Assembly: GCF_963921235.1 (NCBI RefSeq)
Contig: NC_086108.1
Span: 31,064,001 to 31,128,000 of the forward strand
DNA from: Mobula hypostoma
Lineage: Eukaryota
Direction: 5' to 3'
DNA length: 64,000 nt
Made by a program: the position numbers and the translations under genes. Of this stretch, positions 27,501-41,750 are shown piece by piece. The notes beneath the pieces are model-generated. The model did not search any database, was not told the origin of the DNA, and worked only from the letters and a program-made list of their open reading frames with translations. Within the stretch, counting starts at the first letter, position 1. Each line of letters starts with the position of its first letter.

Positions 27501-30500
27501 CACCTCGTCTCATATATCACCTCTCAGTTTCTCACGTTATCGCCCATCCGCCTCACCTCATCTCATATATCACCTCCCAGTTTCTCACGTTATCCCCCAT
27601 CCCCCTCACCTGGTCTCATAGATCACCTCCCAGTTTCTCACGTTATCCCCCATCCCCCTCACCTGGTCTCATATATCACTTCCCAGTTTCTCACGTTATC
27701 CCCCATCCCCCTCACCTGGTCTTATATATCACCTCCCCGTTCCTCACGTTATCCCCCATCTATCTCACCTGGTCTCATAGATCACCTCCCAGTTTCTGAC
27801 CTTATCCCCCATCCTCCTCGCCCGGACTCATATATCACCTCCCAGTTTCTCACCTTGCCCCCATCCCTTTCACCTCGTCTCATATATCACTTCTCACTTT
27901 CTCACGTTATCCCCCAACCCCCTTACCTGGTCTCATATATCACCTCCCAATTTCTCACCTTATTCCCCCATCCCCCTCACCTGGTCTCATATATCACCTC
28001 CCAGTTTCTCACGTTATCCCCCATCCCCCTCACCTGGTCTCATATATCACCTCCCAGTTTCTCACCTTATCCCCCATCCCCCTCACCTGGTCTCATATAT
28101 CACCTCCCAGTTTCTCACCTTATCCCCCATCCCCCTCACCTGGTCTCATAGATCACCTCCCAGTTTCTCACCTTATCCCCCATCCGCCTCGCCCGGTCTC
28201 ATATATCACCTCCCAGTTTCTCACCTTTCCCCCATCCCCTTCACCTCGTCTCATATATCACTTCACATTTTCTCACCTTATCCCCCATCCCCCTCACCCG
28301 GTCTCATATATCACCTCCCAGTTTCTCACCTTATCCCCCATCCCCCTCACCTGGTCTCATATATCACCTCCCAGTTTCTCACGTTATCCCCCATCCCCCT
28401 CACCTGGTCTCATATATCACCTCCAAGTTTCTCACCTTTTCCCCCATCCCCCTCACCTGGTATCATATATAACCTCCCAGTTTCTCACCTTATCCACCAT
28501 CCCCCTCACATGGTCACATATATCACCTCCCAGTTCCTCACGTTATCCCCCATCCCCCTCACCTGGTCTCATATATCACCTCCCAGTTTCTCACCTTATC
28601 CCCCATCCCCCTCACCTCGTCTCATATATCACATCCCAGTTTCTCACGTTATCCCCCATCCCCGTCACCCGGTCTCATATATCACCTCCAAGGTTCTCAA
28701 CTTATCCCCCATCACCCTCACCTGGTCTCATGTATCACCTCCCAGTTTCTCACCTTGTCCCCCATCCCCCTCACATTGTCTCATAAATCACCTCTCAGTT
28801 ACTCACGTTATCCCCCGTCCCGCTCACCTGGTCTCATATACCACCTCCCAGGTCCTCCCGTTATCCCCCATCCCCCTCACATGGTCTCATATATCACCTC
28901 CCTGTTTCTCACCTTATCCCCAATCCCCTTCACCTGGTCTCATATATCACCTCCCGGTTTCTCACCTTATCCCCCATCCCCCTCACCTGGTCTCATAGAT
29001 CACCTCCCAGTTTCTCACGTTATCCCCTATCCCCCTCACCCGGTCTCATATATCACAGCCCAGTTTCTCACCTTATCCCCATCCCCTTCACATCGTCTCA
29101 TATATCACTTCCCAGTTTCTCACGTTATCAACCATCCCCCTCACCTGGTCTCATATATCACCTCCCAGTTTCTCACGTTATCCCCCATCCCCCTCACCTG
29201 GTCTCATAGATCACCTCCCAGTTTCTCACGTTATCCCCCATCCCCCTCACATGTTCTCATATATCACCTCCCAGTTTCTCACGTTATCCCCCATCCCCCT
29301 CACCTGGTCTCATATATCACCTCCCAGTTTCTCACCTTATCCCCCATCCCCCTCACCCGGTCTCATATATCACCTCCCAGTTTCTCAACTTATCCCACAT
29401 CCCCCTCACCTCGTCTCATATATCACTTCCCAGTTTCTCACGTTATCCCCCATCCCCCTCACCTGGTCTCATATATCACCTCCCAGTTTCTCACCTTATC
29501 CCCCATCCCCCTCACCCGGTCTCATATATCACATCCCAGTTTCTCACCTTATCCCCCATCCCCCTCACCTCGTCTCATATATCACTTGCAAGTTTCTCAC
29601 GTTATCCCCTATTCCCCTCACCTGGTCTCATATATCACCTCCCAGTTTCTCACATTATCCCCCATTCCCCTCACCTGGTCTCATATATCACCTCCCAGTT
29701 TCTCACCTTATCCCCCATCCCCCTCACCCGGTCTCATATATCACTTCACATTTTCTCACCTTATCCCCCATCCCCCTCACCTGGTCTCATATATCACTTC
29801 CCAGTTTCTCATGTTATCCCCCATCCCCCTCACCTCATCTCATATATCACCTCCCAGTTTCTCACGTTATCCCCCATCCCCCTCACCTGGTCTCATATAT
29901 CACCTCCCAGTTTCTCACGTTATCCCCCATCCCCCTCACCTGGTCTCATATATCACCTCCCAGTTTCTCAGCTTATCCCCCATCCCCCTCACCTGCTCTC
30001 ATATATCACCTCCCCGTTTCTCACGTTATCCCCCATCTCCCTCACCTGGTCTCATAGATCACCTCCCAGTTTCTCACCTTATCCCCCATCCCCCTCACCT
30101 GGTCTCATATATCACCTCCCGGTTTCTCACCATATCCCCCATCCCCCTCACATCATCTCATATATCACCTCCCAGTTTCTCACCTTATCCCCCATGCCCC
30201 TCACCTCGTCTCATATATCACTTACCAGTTTCTCACCTTATCCCCATCCCCTTCACCTCGTCTCATATATCACTTCCCAGTTTCTCACGTTATCCCCCAT
30301 CCCCTTCACCTGGTCTCATATATCACCTCCCAGTTTCTCACGTTATCCCCCATCCCCCTCACCTCATCTCATATATCACCTCCCAGTTTCTCACGTTATC
30401 CCCCATCCCCCTCACCTGGTCTCATAGATCACCTCCCAGTTTCTCACGTTATCCCCCATCCCCCTCACCTGGTCTCATATATCACCTCCCAGTTTCTCAC

Positions 30501-33500
30501 GTTATCCCCTATCCCCCTCACCTGTTCTCATATATCACCTCCCAGTTTCTCACGTTATCCCGCATCCCCCTCACCCGGTCTCATATATCACCTCCCAGTT
30601 TCTCACCTTTCCCCCATACCCTTCACCTCGTCTCATATATTGCTTCCAACTTTCTCACGTTATCCCCCAACCCACTCACCTGGTCTCATAAATCACTTCC
30701 CAATTTCTCACCTTATTCCCCCAATCCCCTCACCTCGTCTCATATATCACCTCCCAGTTTCTCACGTTATCGCCCATCCGCCTCACCTCATCTCATATAT
30801 CACCTCCCAGTTTCTCACGTTATCCCCCATCCCCCTCACCTGGTCTCATAGATCACCTCCCAGTTTCTCACGTTATCCCCCATCCCCCTCACCTGGTCTC
30901 ATATGTCACTTCCCAGTTTCTCACGTTCTCCCCCATCCCCCTCACCTGGTCTTATATATCACCCCCCCGTTCCTCACGTTATCCCCCATCTATCTCACCT
31001 GGTCTCATATATCACCTCCCAGTTTCTCAACTTTCCCCCATCCCCTTCACCTCGTCTCATATATCACTTCCCACTTTCTCACGTTATCCCCCAACCCCCT
31101 TACCTGGTCTCATATATCACATCCCAATTTCTCACCTTATTCCCACATCTCCCTCACCTGGTCTCATATATCACCTCCCAGTTTCTCACGTTATCCCCCA
31201 TCCCCCTCACCTGGTCTCATATATCACCTCCCAGTTTCTCACCTTATCCCCCATCCCCCTCACCTGGTCTCATATATCACCTCCCAGTTCCTCACGTTAT
31301 CCCCCATCCCCCTCACCTCGTCTCATATATCACCTCCCAGTTTCTCACGTTATCCCCCATCCCCCTCACCTCATCTCATATATCACCTCCCAGTTTCTCA
31401 CGTTATCCCCCATCCCCCTCACCTGGTCTCATAGATCACCTCCCAGTTTCTCACGTTATCCCCCATCCCCCTCACCTGGTCTCATATATCACCTCCCAGT
31501 TTCTCACTTTATCCCCCATCCCCCTCACCTGTTCTCATATATCACCTCCCAGTTTCTCACATTATCCCCCATCCCCCTCACCTGGTCTCATATATCACCT
31601 CCCAGTTTCTCACCTTATCCCCCATCCCCCTCACCTGGTCTCATATATCACCTCCCCGTTTCTCACGTTATCCCCCATCCCCCTCACCTGGTCTCATAGA
31701 TCACCTCCCAGTTTCTCACCTTATCCCCCATCCGCCTCGCCCGGTCTCATATATCACCTCCCAGTTTCTCAACTTTCCCCCATCCCCTTCACCTCGTCTC
31801 ATATATCACTTCCCACGTTCTCACGTTATCCCCCAACCACCTTACCTGGTCTCATATATCACATCCCAATTTCTCACCTTATTCCCACATCTCCCTCACC
31901 TGGTGTCATATATCACCTCCCAGTTTCTCACGTTATCCCCCATCCCCCTCACCTGGTCTCATATATCACCTCCCACTTTCTCACCTTATCCCCCATCCCC
32001 CTCACATGGTCTCATATATCACCTCCCAGTTCCTCACGTTATCCCCCATCCCCCTCACCTCGTCTCATATATCACCTCCCAGTTTCTCACGTTATCCCCC
32101 ATCCCCCTCACCTCATCTCATATATCACCTCCCAGTTTCTCACGTTATCCCCCATCCCACTCACCTGGTCTCATAGATCACCTCCCAGTTTCTCACGTTA
32201 TCCCCCATCCCCCTCACCTGGTCTCATATATCACTTCCCAGTTTCTCACGTTCTCCCCCATCCCCCTCACCTGGTCTTATATATCACCTCCCCGTTCCTC
32301 ACGTTATCCCCCATCTCCCTCACCTGGTCTCATAGATCACCTCCCAGTTTCTGACCTTATCCCACATCCTCCTCGCCCGGACTCATATATCACCTCCCAG
32401 TTTCTCACCTTGCCCCCATCCCCTTCACCTCGTCTCATATATCACTTCTCACTTTCTCACGTTATCCCCCAACCCCCTTACCTGGTCTGATATATCACAT
32501 CCCAATTTCTCACCTTATTCCCCCATCTCCCTCACCTGGTCTCATATATCACCTCCCAGTTTCTCACGTTATCCCCCATCCCCCTCACGTGGTCTCATAT
32601 ATCACCTCCCCGTTTCTCACCTTATCCCCCATCCCCCTCACCTGGTCTCATATATCACCTCCCAGTTTCTCACGTTATCCCCCATCCCCCTCACCTGGTC
32701 TCATATATCACCTCCCAGTTTCTCACCTTATCCCCCATCCCCCTCACCTGGTCTCATATATCACCTCCCGGTTTCTCACCTTATCCCCCATCCCCCTCAC
32801 ATGGTCTCATATATCACCTCCCAGTTCCTCAAGTTATCCCCCATCCCCCTCACCTCGTCTCATATATCACCTCCCAGTTTCTCACGTTATCGCCCATCCA
32901 CCTCACCTCATCTCATATATCACCTCCCAGTTTCTCACGTTATCCCCCATCCCCCTCACCTGGTCTCATAGATCACCTCCCAGTTTCTCACGTTATCCCC
33001 CATCCCCCTCACCTGGTCTCATATATCACCTCCCAGTTTCTCACCTTATCCCCCATCCCCCTCACCCGGTCTCATATATCACCTCCCAGTTTCTCACCTT
33101 ATCCCCCATCCCCCTCACCTGGTCTCATATATCACCTCCCAGTTTCTCACGTTATCCCCCATCCGCCTCGCCCGGTCTCATATATCACCTCCCAGTTTCT
33201 CAACTTTCCCCCATCCCCTTCACCTCATCTCATATATCACTTCCCACTTTCTCACGTTATCCCCCAACCCCCTTACCTGGTCTCATATATCACATCCCAA
33301 TTTCTCACCTTATTCCCACATCTCCCTCACCTGGTCTCATATATCACCTCCCAGTTTCTCACGTTATCCCCCATCCCCCTCACCTGGTCTCATATATCAC
33401 CTCCCACTTTCTCACCTTATCCCCCATCCCCCTCACCTGGTCTCATATATCACCTCCCAGTTTCTCACCTTATCCCCCATCCCACTCACATGGTCTCATA

Positions 33501-36500
33501 TATCACCTCCCAGTTCCTCACGTTATCCCCCATCCCCCTCACCTCGTCTCATATATCACCTCCCAGTTTCTCACTTATCGCCCATCCGCCTCACCTCATC
33601 TCATATATCACTTCCCAGTTTCTCAGGTTATCCCCCATCCCACTCACCTGGTCTCATAGATCACCTCCCAGTTTCTCACGTTATCCCCCATCCCCCTCAC
33701 CTTGTCTCATATATCACTTCCCAGTTTCTCACGTTCTCCCCCATCCCCCTCACCTGGTCTTATATATCACCTCCCCGTTCCTCACGTTATCCCCCATCTC
33801 CCTCACATGGTCTCATAGATCACCTCCCAGTTTCTCACCTTATCCCCCATCCCCCTCACATGGTCTCATATATCACCACCCAGTTCCTCACGTTATCCCC
33901 CATCCCCCTCACCTGGTCTGATATATCACTTCCTTGTTTCTCACGTTATCCACCAACCCCCTCACCTCATCTCATATATCACCTCCCAGTTTCTCACTTC
34001 ATCCCCCATCCCCCTCACCTGGTCTCATAGATCACCACCCAGTTTCTCACCCTGTCCCCCATGCCCCTCGCCCGGTCTCATATATCACCTCCCATTTTCT
34101 CACCTTTCCCCCATACCCTTCACCTCGTCTCATATATTGCTTCCAACTTTCTCACGTTATCCCCCAACCCCCTCACCTGGTCTCATAAATCACTTCCCAA
34201 TTTCTCACCTTATTCCCCCAACCCCCTCACCTCGTCTCATATATCACCTCCCAGTTTCTCACGTTATCCCCCATCCCACTCACCTGGTCTCATAGATCAC
34301 CTCCCAGTTTCTCACGTTATCCCCCATCCCTCTCACCTGGTCTCATATATCACTTCCCAGTTTCTCACGTTATCCCCCATCCCCCTCACCTGGTCTTATA
34401 TATCACCTCCCCGTTCCTCACGTTATCTCCCATCTATCTCACCTGGTCTCATAGATCACCTCCCAGTTTCTGACCTTATCCCCCATCCTCCTCGCCCGGA
34501 CTCATATATCACCTCCCAGTTTCTCACCTTGCCCCCATCCCCTTCACCTCGTCTCATATATCACTTCTCACTTTCTCACGTTATCCCCCAACCCCCTTAC
34601 CTGGTCTCATATATCACATCCCAATTTCTCACCTTATTCCCCCATCTCCCTCACCTGGTCTCATATATCACCTCCCAGTTTCTCACCTTATCCCCCATCC
34701 CCCTCACGTGGTCTCATATATCACCTCCCAGTTTCTCACCTTATCCCCCATCCCCCTCACCTGGTCTCATATATCACCTCCCAGTTTCTCACCTTATCCC
34801 CCATCCCCCTCACCTGGTCTCACAGATCACCTCCCAGTTTCTCACCTTATCCCCCATCGGCCTCGCCCGGTCTCATATATCACCTCCCAGTTTCTCAACT
34901 TTCCCCCATCCCCTTCACCTCGTCTCATATATCACTTCCCACTTTCTCACGTTATCCCCCAACCCCCTTACCTGGTCTCATATATCACATCCCAATTTCT
35001 CACCTTATTCCCACATCTCCCTCACCTGGTCTCATATATCACCTCCCAGTTTCTCACGTTATCCCCCATCCCCCTCACCTGGTCTCATATATCACCTCCC
35101 ACTTTCTCAGCTTATCTCCCATCAACCCTCACCTGGTCTCATATATCACCTCCCAGTTTCTCACCTTATCCCCCATCCCACTCACATGGTCTCATATATC
35201 ACCTCCCAGTTCCTCACGTTATCCCCCATCCCCCTCACCTCGTCTCATATATCACCTCCCAGTTTCTCACGTTATCGCCCATCCGCCTCACCTCATCTCA
35301 TATATCACCTCCCAGTTTCTCAGGTTATCCCCCATCCCACTCACCTGGTCTCATAGATCACATCCCAGTTTCTCACGTTATCCCCCATCCCCCTCACCTT
35401 GTCTCATATATCACTTCCCAGTTTCTCACGTTCTCCCCCATCCCCCTCACCTGGTCTTATATATCACCTCCCCGTTCCTCACGTTATCCCCCATCTCCCT
35501 CACATGGTCTCATAGATCACCTCCCAGTTTCTGACCTTATCCCCCATCCTCCTCGCCCGGACTCATATATCACCTCCCAGTTTCTCACCTTTCCCCCATC
35601 CCCTTCACCTCGTCTCATATATCACTTCTCACTTTCTCACGTTATCCCCCAACCCCCTTACCTGGTCTCATATATCACATTCCAATTTCTCAACTTATTC
35701 CCCCATCTCCCTCACCTGGTCTCATATATCACCTCCCGGTTTCTCACCATATCCCCCATCCCCCTCACATCATCTCATGTATCACCTCCCAGTTTCTCAC
35801 CTTATCCCCCATGCCCCTCACCTCGTCTCATATATCACTTACCAGTTTCTCACCTTATCCCCATCCCCTTCACCTCGTCTCATATATCACTTCCCAGTTT
35901 CTCACGTTATCCCCCATCCCCTTCACCTGGTCTCACATATCACCTCCCAGTTTGTCACGTTATCCCCCATCCCCCTCACCTCATCTCATATATCAACTAC
36001 CAGTTTCTCACGTTATCCCCCATCCCACTCACCTGGTCTCATAGATCACCTCCCAGTTTCTCACGTTATCCCCCATCCCCCTCACCTGGTCTCATAGATC
36101 ACCTCCCAGTTTCTCACGTTATCCCCTATCCACCTCACCTGTTCTCATATATCACCTCCCAGTTTCTCACGTTATCCCGCATCCCCCGCACCCGGTCTCA
36201 TATATCACCTCCCAGTTTCTCACCTTTCCCCCATACCCTTCACCTCGTCTCATATATTGCTTCCAACTTTCTCACGTTATCCCCCAACCCCCTCACCTGG
36301 TCTCATAAATCACTTCCAATTTCTCACCTTATTCCCCCAACCCCCTCACCTCGTCTCATATATCACCTCCCAGTTTCTCACGTTATCGCCCATCCGCCTC
36401 ACCTCATCTCATATATCACCTCCCAGTTTCTCACGTTATCCCCCATCCCACTCACCTGGTCTCATAGATCACCTCCCAGTTTCTCACGTTATCCCCCATC

Positions 36501-39500
36501 CCCCTCACCTGGTCTCATATGTCACTTCCCAGTTTCTCACGTTCTCCCCCATCCCCCTCACCTGGTCTTATATATCACCTCCCCGTTCCTCACGTTATCC
36601 CCCATCTATCTCACCTGGTCTCATAGATCACCTCCCAGTTTCTGACCTTATCCCCCATCCTCCTCGCCCGGACTCATATATCACCTCCCAGTTTCTCAAC
36701 TTTCCCCCATCCCCTTCACCTCGTCTCATATATCACTTCCCACTTTCTCACGTTATCCCCCAACCCCCTTACCTGGTCTCATATATCACATCCCAATTTC
36801 TCACCTTAATCCCACATCTCCCTCACCTGGTCTCATATATCACCTCCCAGTTTCTCACGTTATCCCCCATCCCCCTCACGTGGTCTCATATATCACCTCC
36901 CACTTTCTCACCTTATCCCCCATCCCCCTCACCTGGTCTCATATATCACCTCCCAGTTTCTCACCTTATCCCCAATCCCACTCACATGGTCTCATATATC
37001 ACCTCCCAGTTCCTCACGTTATCCCCCAGCCCCCTCACCTCGTCTCATATATCACCTCCCAGTTTCTCACGTTATCGCGCATCCACCTCACCTCATCTCA
37101 TATATCACCTCCCAGTTTCTCACGTTATCCCCCATCCCACTCACCTGGTCTCATAGATCACCTCCCAGTTTCTCACGTTATCCCCCATCCCCCTCACCTG
37201 GTCTCATATATCACCTCCCAGTTTCTCACTTTATCCCCCATCCCTCTCACCTGTTCTCATATATCACCTCCCAGTTTCTCACATTATCCCCCATCCACCT
37301 CACCTGGTCTCATATATCACCTCCCAGTTTCTCACCTTATCCCCCATCCCCCTCACCTGGTCTCATATATCACCTCCCCGTTTCTCACGTTATCCCCCAT
37401 CCCCCTCACCTGGTCTCATAGATCACCTCCCAGTTTCTCACCTTATCCCCCATCCGCCTCTCCCGGTCTCATATATCACCTCCCAGTTTCTCAACTTTCC
37501 CCCATCCCCTTCACCTCGTCTCATATATCACTTCCCACTTTCTCACGTTATCCCCCAACCACCTTACCTGGTCTCATATATCACATCCCAATTTCTCACC
37601 TTATTCCCACATCTCCCTCACCTGGTGTCATATATCACCTCCCAGTTTCTCACGTTATCCCCCATCCCCCTCACCTGGTCTCATATATCACCTCCCACTT
37701 TCTCACCTTATCCCCCATCCCCCTCACATGGTCTCATATATCACCTCCCAGTTCCTCACGTTATCCCCCATCCCCCTCACCTCGTCTCATATATCACCTC
37801 CCAGTTTCTCACGTTATCGCCCATCCGCCTCACCTCATCTCATATATCACCTCCCAGTTTCTCACGTTATCCCCCATCCCACTCACCTGGTCTCATAGAT
37901 CACCTCCCAGTTTCTCACGTTATCCCCCATCCCCCTCACCTGGTCTCATATATCACTTCCCAGTTTCTCACGTTCTCCCCCATCTCCCTCACCTGGTCTC
38001 ATAGATCACCTCCCAGTTTCTGACCTTATCCCACATCCTCCTCGCCCGGACTCATATATCACCTCCCAGTTTCTCACCTTGCCCCCATCCCCTTCACCTC
38101 GTCTCATATATCACTTCTCACTTTCTCACGTTATCCCCCAACCCCCTTACCTGGTCTGATATATCACATCCCAATTTCTCACCTTATTCCCCCATCCCCC
38201 TCACCTGGTCTCATATATCACCTCCCAGTTTCTCACGTTATCCCCCATCCCCCTCACGTGGTCTCATATATCACCTCCCCGTTTCTCACCTTATCCCCCA
38301 TCCCCCTCACCTGGTCTCATATATCACCTCCCAGTTTCTCACCTTATCCCCCATCCCCCTCACATGGTCTCATATATCACCTCCCAGTTCCTCACGTTAT
38401 CCCCCATCCCCCTCACCTGGTCTGATATATCACTTCCTTGTTTCTCACGTTATCCACCAACCCCCTCACCTCATCTCATATATCACCTCCCAGTTTCTCA
38501 CTTTATCCCCCATCCGCCTCGCCCGGTCTCATATATCACCTCCCAGTTTCTCAACTTTCCCCCATCCCCTTCACCTCGTCTCATATATCACTTCCCACTT
38601 TCTCACGTTATCCCCCAACCCCCTTACCTGGTCTCATATATCACATCCCAATTTCTCACCTTATTCCCACATCTCCCTCACCTGGTCTCATATATCACCT
38701 CCCAGTTTCTCACGTTATCCCCCATCCCCCTCACCTGGTCTCATATATCACCTCCCACTTTCTCACCTTATCCCCCATCCCCCTCACCTGGTCTCATATA
38801 TCACCTCCCGGTTTCTCACCTTATCCCCCATCCCACTCACATGTTCTCATATATCACCTCCCAGTTCCTCAAGTTATCCCCCATCCCCCTCACTTCGTCT
38901 CATATATCACCTCCCAGTTTCTCACGTTATCGCCCATCCACCTCACCTCATCTCATATATCACCTCCCAGTTTCTCACGTTATCCCCCATCCCACTCACC
39001 TGGTCTCATAGATCACCTCCCAGTTTCTCACGTTATCCCCCATCCCCCTCACCTGGTCTCATATATCACCTCCCAGTTTCTCACATAATCCCCCATCCCC
39101 CTCACCTGTTCTCATATATCACCTCCCAGTTTCTCACCTTATCCCCCATCCCCCTCACCCGGTCTCATATATCACCTCCCAGTTTCTCACCTTATCCCCC
39201 ATCCCCCTCACCTGGTCTCATATATCACCTCCCCGTTTCTCACGTTATCCCCCATCCCCCTCACCTGGTCTCATAGATCACCTCCCAGTTTCTCACCTTA
39301 TCCCCCATCCGCCTCGCCCGGTCTCATATATCACCTCCCAGTTTCTCAACTTTCCCCCATCCCCTTCACCTCATCTCATATATCACTTCCCACTTTCTCA
39401 CGTTATCCCCCAACCCCCTTACCTGGTCTCATATATCACATCCCAATTTCTCACCTTATTCCCACATCTCCCTCACCTGGTCTCATATATCACCTCCCAG

Positions 39501-41750
39501 TTTCTCACGTTATCCCCCATCCCCCTCACCTGGTCTCATATATCACCTCCCACTTTCTCACCTTATCCCCCATCCCCCTCACATGGTCTCATATATCACC
39601 TCCCAGTTCCTCACGTTATCCCCCATCCCCCTCACCTCGTCTCATATATCACCTCCCAGTTTCTCACGTTATCGCCCATCCGCCTCACCTCATCTCATAT
39701 ATCACCTCCCAGTTTCTCACGTTATCCCCCATCCCACTCACCTGGTCTCATAGATCACCTCCCAGTTTCTCACGTTATCCCCCATCCCCCTCACCTGGTC
39801 TCATATATCACTTCCCAGTTTCTCACGTTCTCCCCCATCCCCCTCACCTGGTCTTATATATCACCTCCCCGTTCCTCACGTTATCCCCCATCTCCCTCAC
39901 CTGGTCTCATAGATCACCTCCCAGTTTCTAACCTTATCCCACATCCTCCTCGCCCGGACTCATATATCACCTCCCAGTTTCTCACCTTGCCCCCATCCCC
40001 TTCACCTCGTCTCATATATCACTTCTCACTTTCTCACGTTATCCCCCAAGCCCCTTACCTGGTCTGATATATCACATCCCAATTTCTCACCTTATTCCCC
40101 CATCCCCCTCACCTGGTCTCATATATCACCTCCCAGTTTCTCACGTTATCCCCCATCCCCCTCACGTGGTCTCATATATCACCTCCCCGTTTCTCACCTT
40201 ATCCCCCATCCCCCTCACCTGGTCTCATATATCACCTCCCAGTTTCTCACCTTATCCCCCATCCCCCTCACATGGTCTCATATATCACCTCCAAGTTCCT
40301 CACGTTATCCCCCATCCCCCTCACCTGGTCTCATATATCACTTCCCAGTTTCTCACGTTCTCCCCCATCCCCCTCACCTGGTCTTATATATCACCTCCCC
40401 GTTCCTCACGTTATCCCCCATCTCCCTCACCTGGTCTCATAGATCACCTCCCAGTTTCTCACTTTATCCCCCATCCGCCTCGCCCGGTCTCATATATCAC
40501 CTCCCAGTTTCTCAACTTTCCCCCATCCCCTTCACCTCGTCTCATATATCACTTCCCACTTTCTCACGTTATCCCCCAACCCCCTTACCTGGTCTCATAT
40601 ATCACATCCCAATTTCTCACCTTATTCCCACATCTCCCTCACCTGGTCTCATATATCACCTCCCAGTTTCTCACGTTATCCCCCATCCCCCTCACCTGGT
40701 CTCATATATCACCTCCCACTTTCTCACCTTATCCCCCATCCCCCTCACCTGGTCTCATATATCACCTCCCGGTTTCTCACCTTATCCCCCATCCCACTCA
40801 CATGTTCTCATATATCACCTCCCAGTTCCTCAAGTTATCCCCCATCCCCCTCACCTCGTCTCATAGATCACCTCCCAGTTTCTCACGTTATCCCCCATCC
40901 CCCTCACCTTGTCTCATATATCACTTCCCAGTTTCTCACGTTCTCCCCCATCCCCCTCACCTGGTCTTATATATCACCTCCCCGTTCCTCACGTTATCCC
41001 CCATCTCCCTCACCTGGTCTCATAGATCACCTCCCAGTTTCTGACCTTATCCCCCATCCTCCTCGCCCGGACTCATATATCACCTCCCAGTTTCTCACCT
41101 TTCCCCCATCCCCTTCACCTCGTCTCATATATCACTTCTCACTTTCTCACGTTATCCCCCAACCCCCTTACCTGGTCTCATATATCACATTTAAATTTCT
41201 CAACTTATTCCCCCATCTCCCTCACCTGGTCTCATATATCACCTCCCAGTTTCTCACGTTATCCCCCATCCCTCTCACGTGGTCTCATATATCACCTCCC
41301 CGTTTCTCACCTTATCCCCCATCCCCCTCACATGGTCTCATATATCACCTCCCAGTTTCTCACCTTATCCCCCATCCCCCTCACATGGTCTCATATATCA
41401 CCTCCCAGTTCCTCACGTTATCCCGCATCCCCCTCACCTGGTCTGATATATCACTTCCTTGTTTCTCACGTTATCCACCAACCCCCTCACCTAATCTCAT
41501 ATATCACCTCCCAGTTTCTCACTTTATCCCCTATCCCCCTCACCTAGTCTCATAGATCACCACCCAGTTTCTCACCCTGTTCGCCATGCCCCTCGCCCGG
41601 TCTCATATATCACCTCCCATTTTCTCACCTTTCCCCATACCCTTCACCTCGTCTCATATATTGCTTCCAACTTTCTCACGTTATCCCCCAACCCCCTCAC
41701 CTGGTCTCATAAATCACTTCCCAATTTCTCACCTTATTCCCCCAACCCCC
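24591..41750 (+). repeat. Satellite sub-array B
   Basis: Diagnostic variants: CCTCCTCGCCCGGACTC (GGACTC at 25121, 27824, 32379, 34498, 35559, 36670, 38048, 39956, 41069), CATATATTGCTTCCAAC (~27410, 30640, 34137, 36257, 41661), GGTCTTATATATCACCTCCCCGTTCC, CAACCCCCTTACC and CACATCCCAATTTC. Confidence 0.85.
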
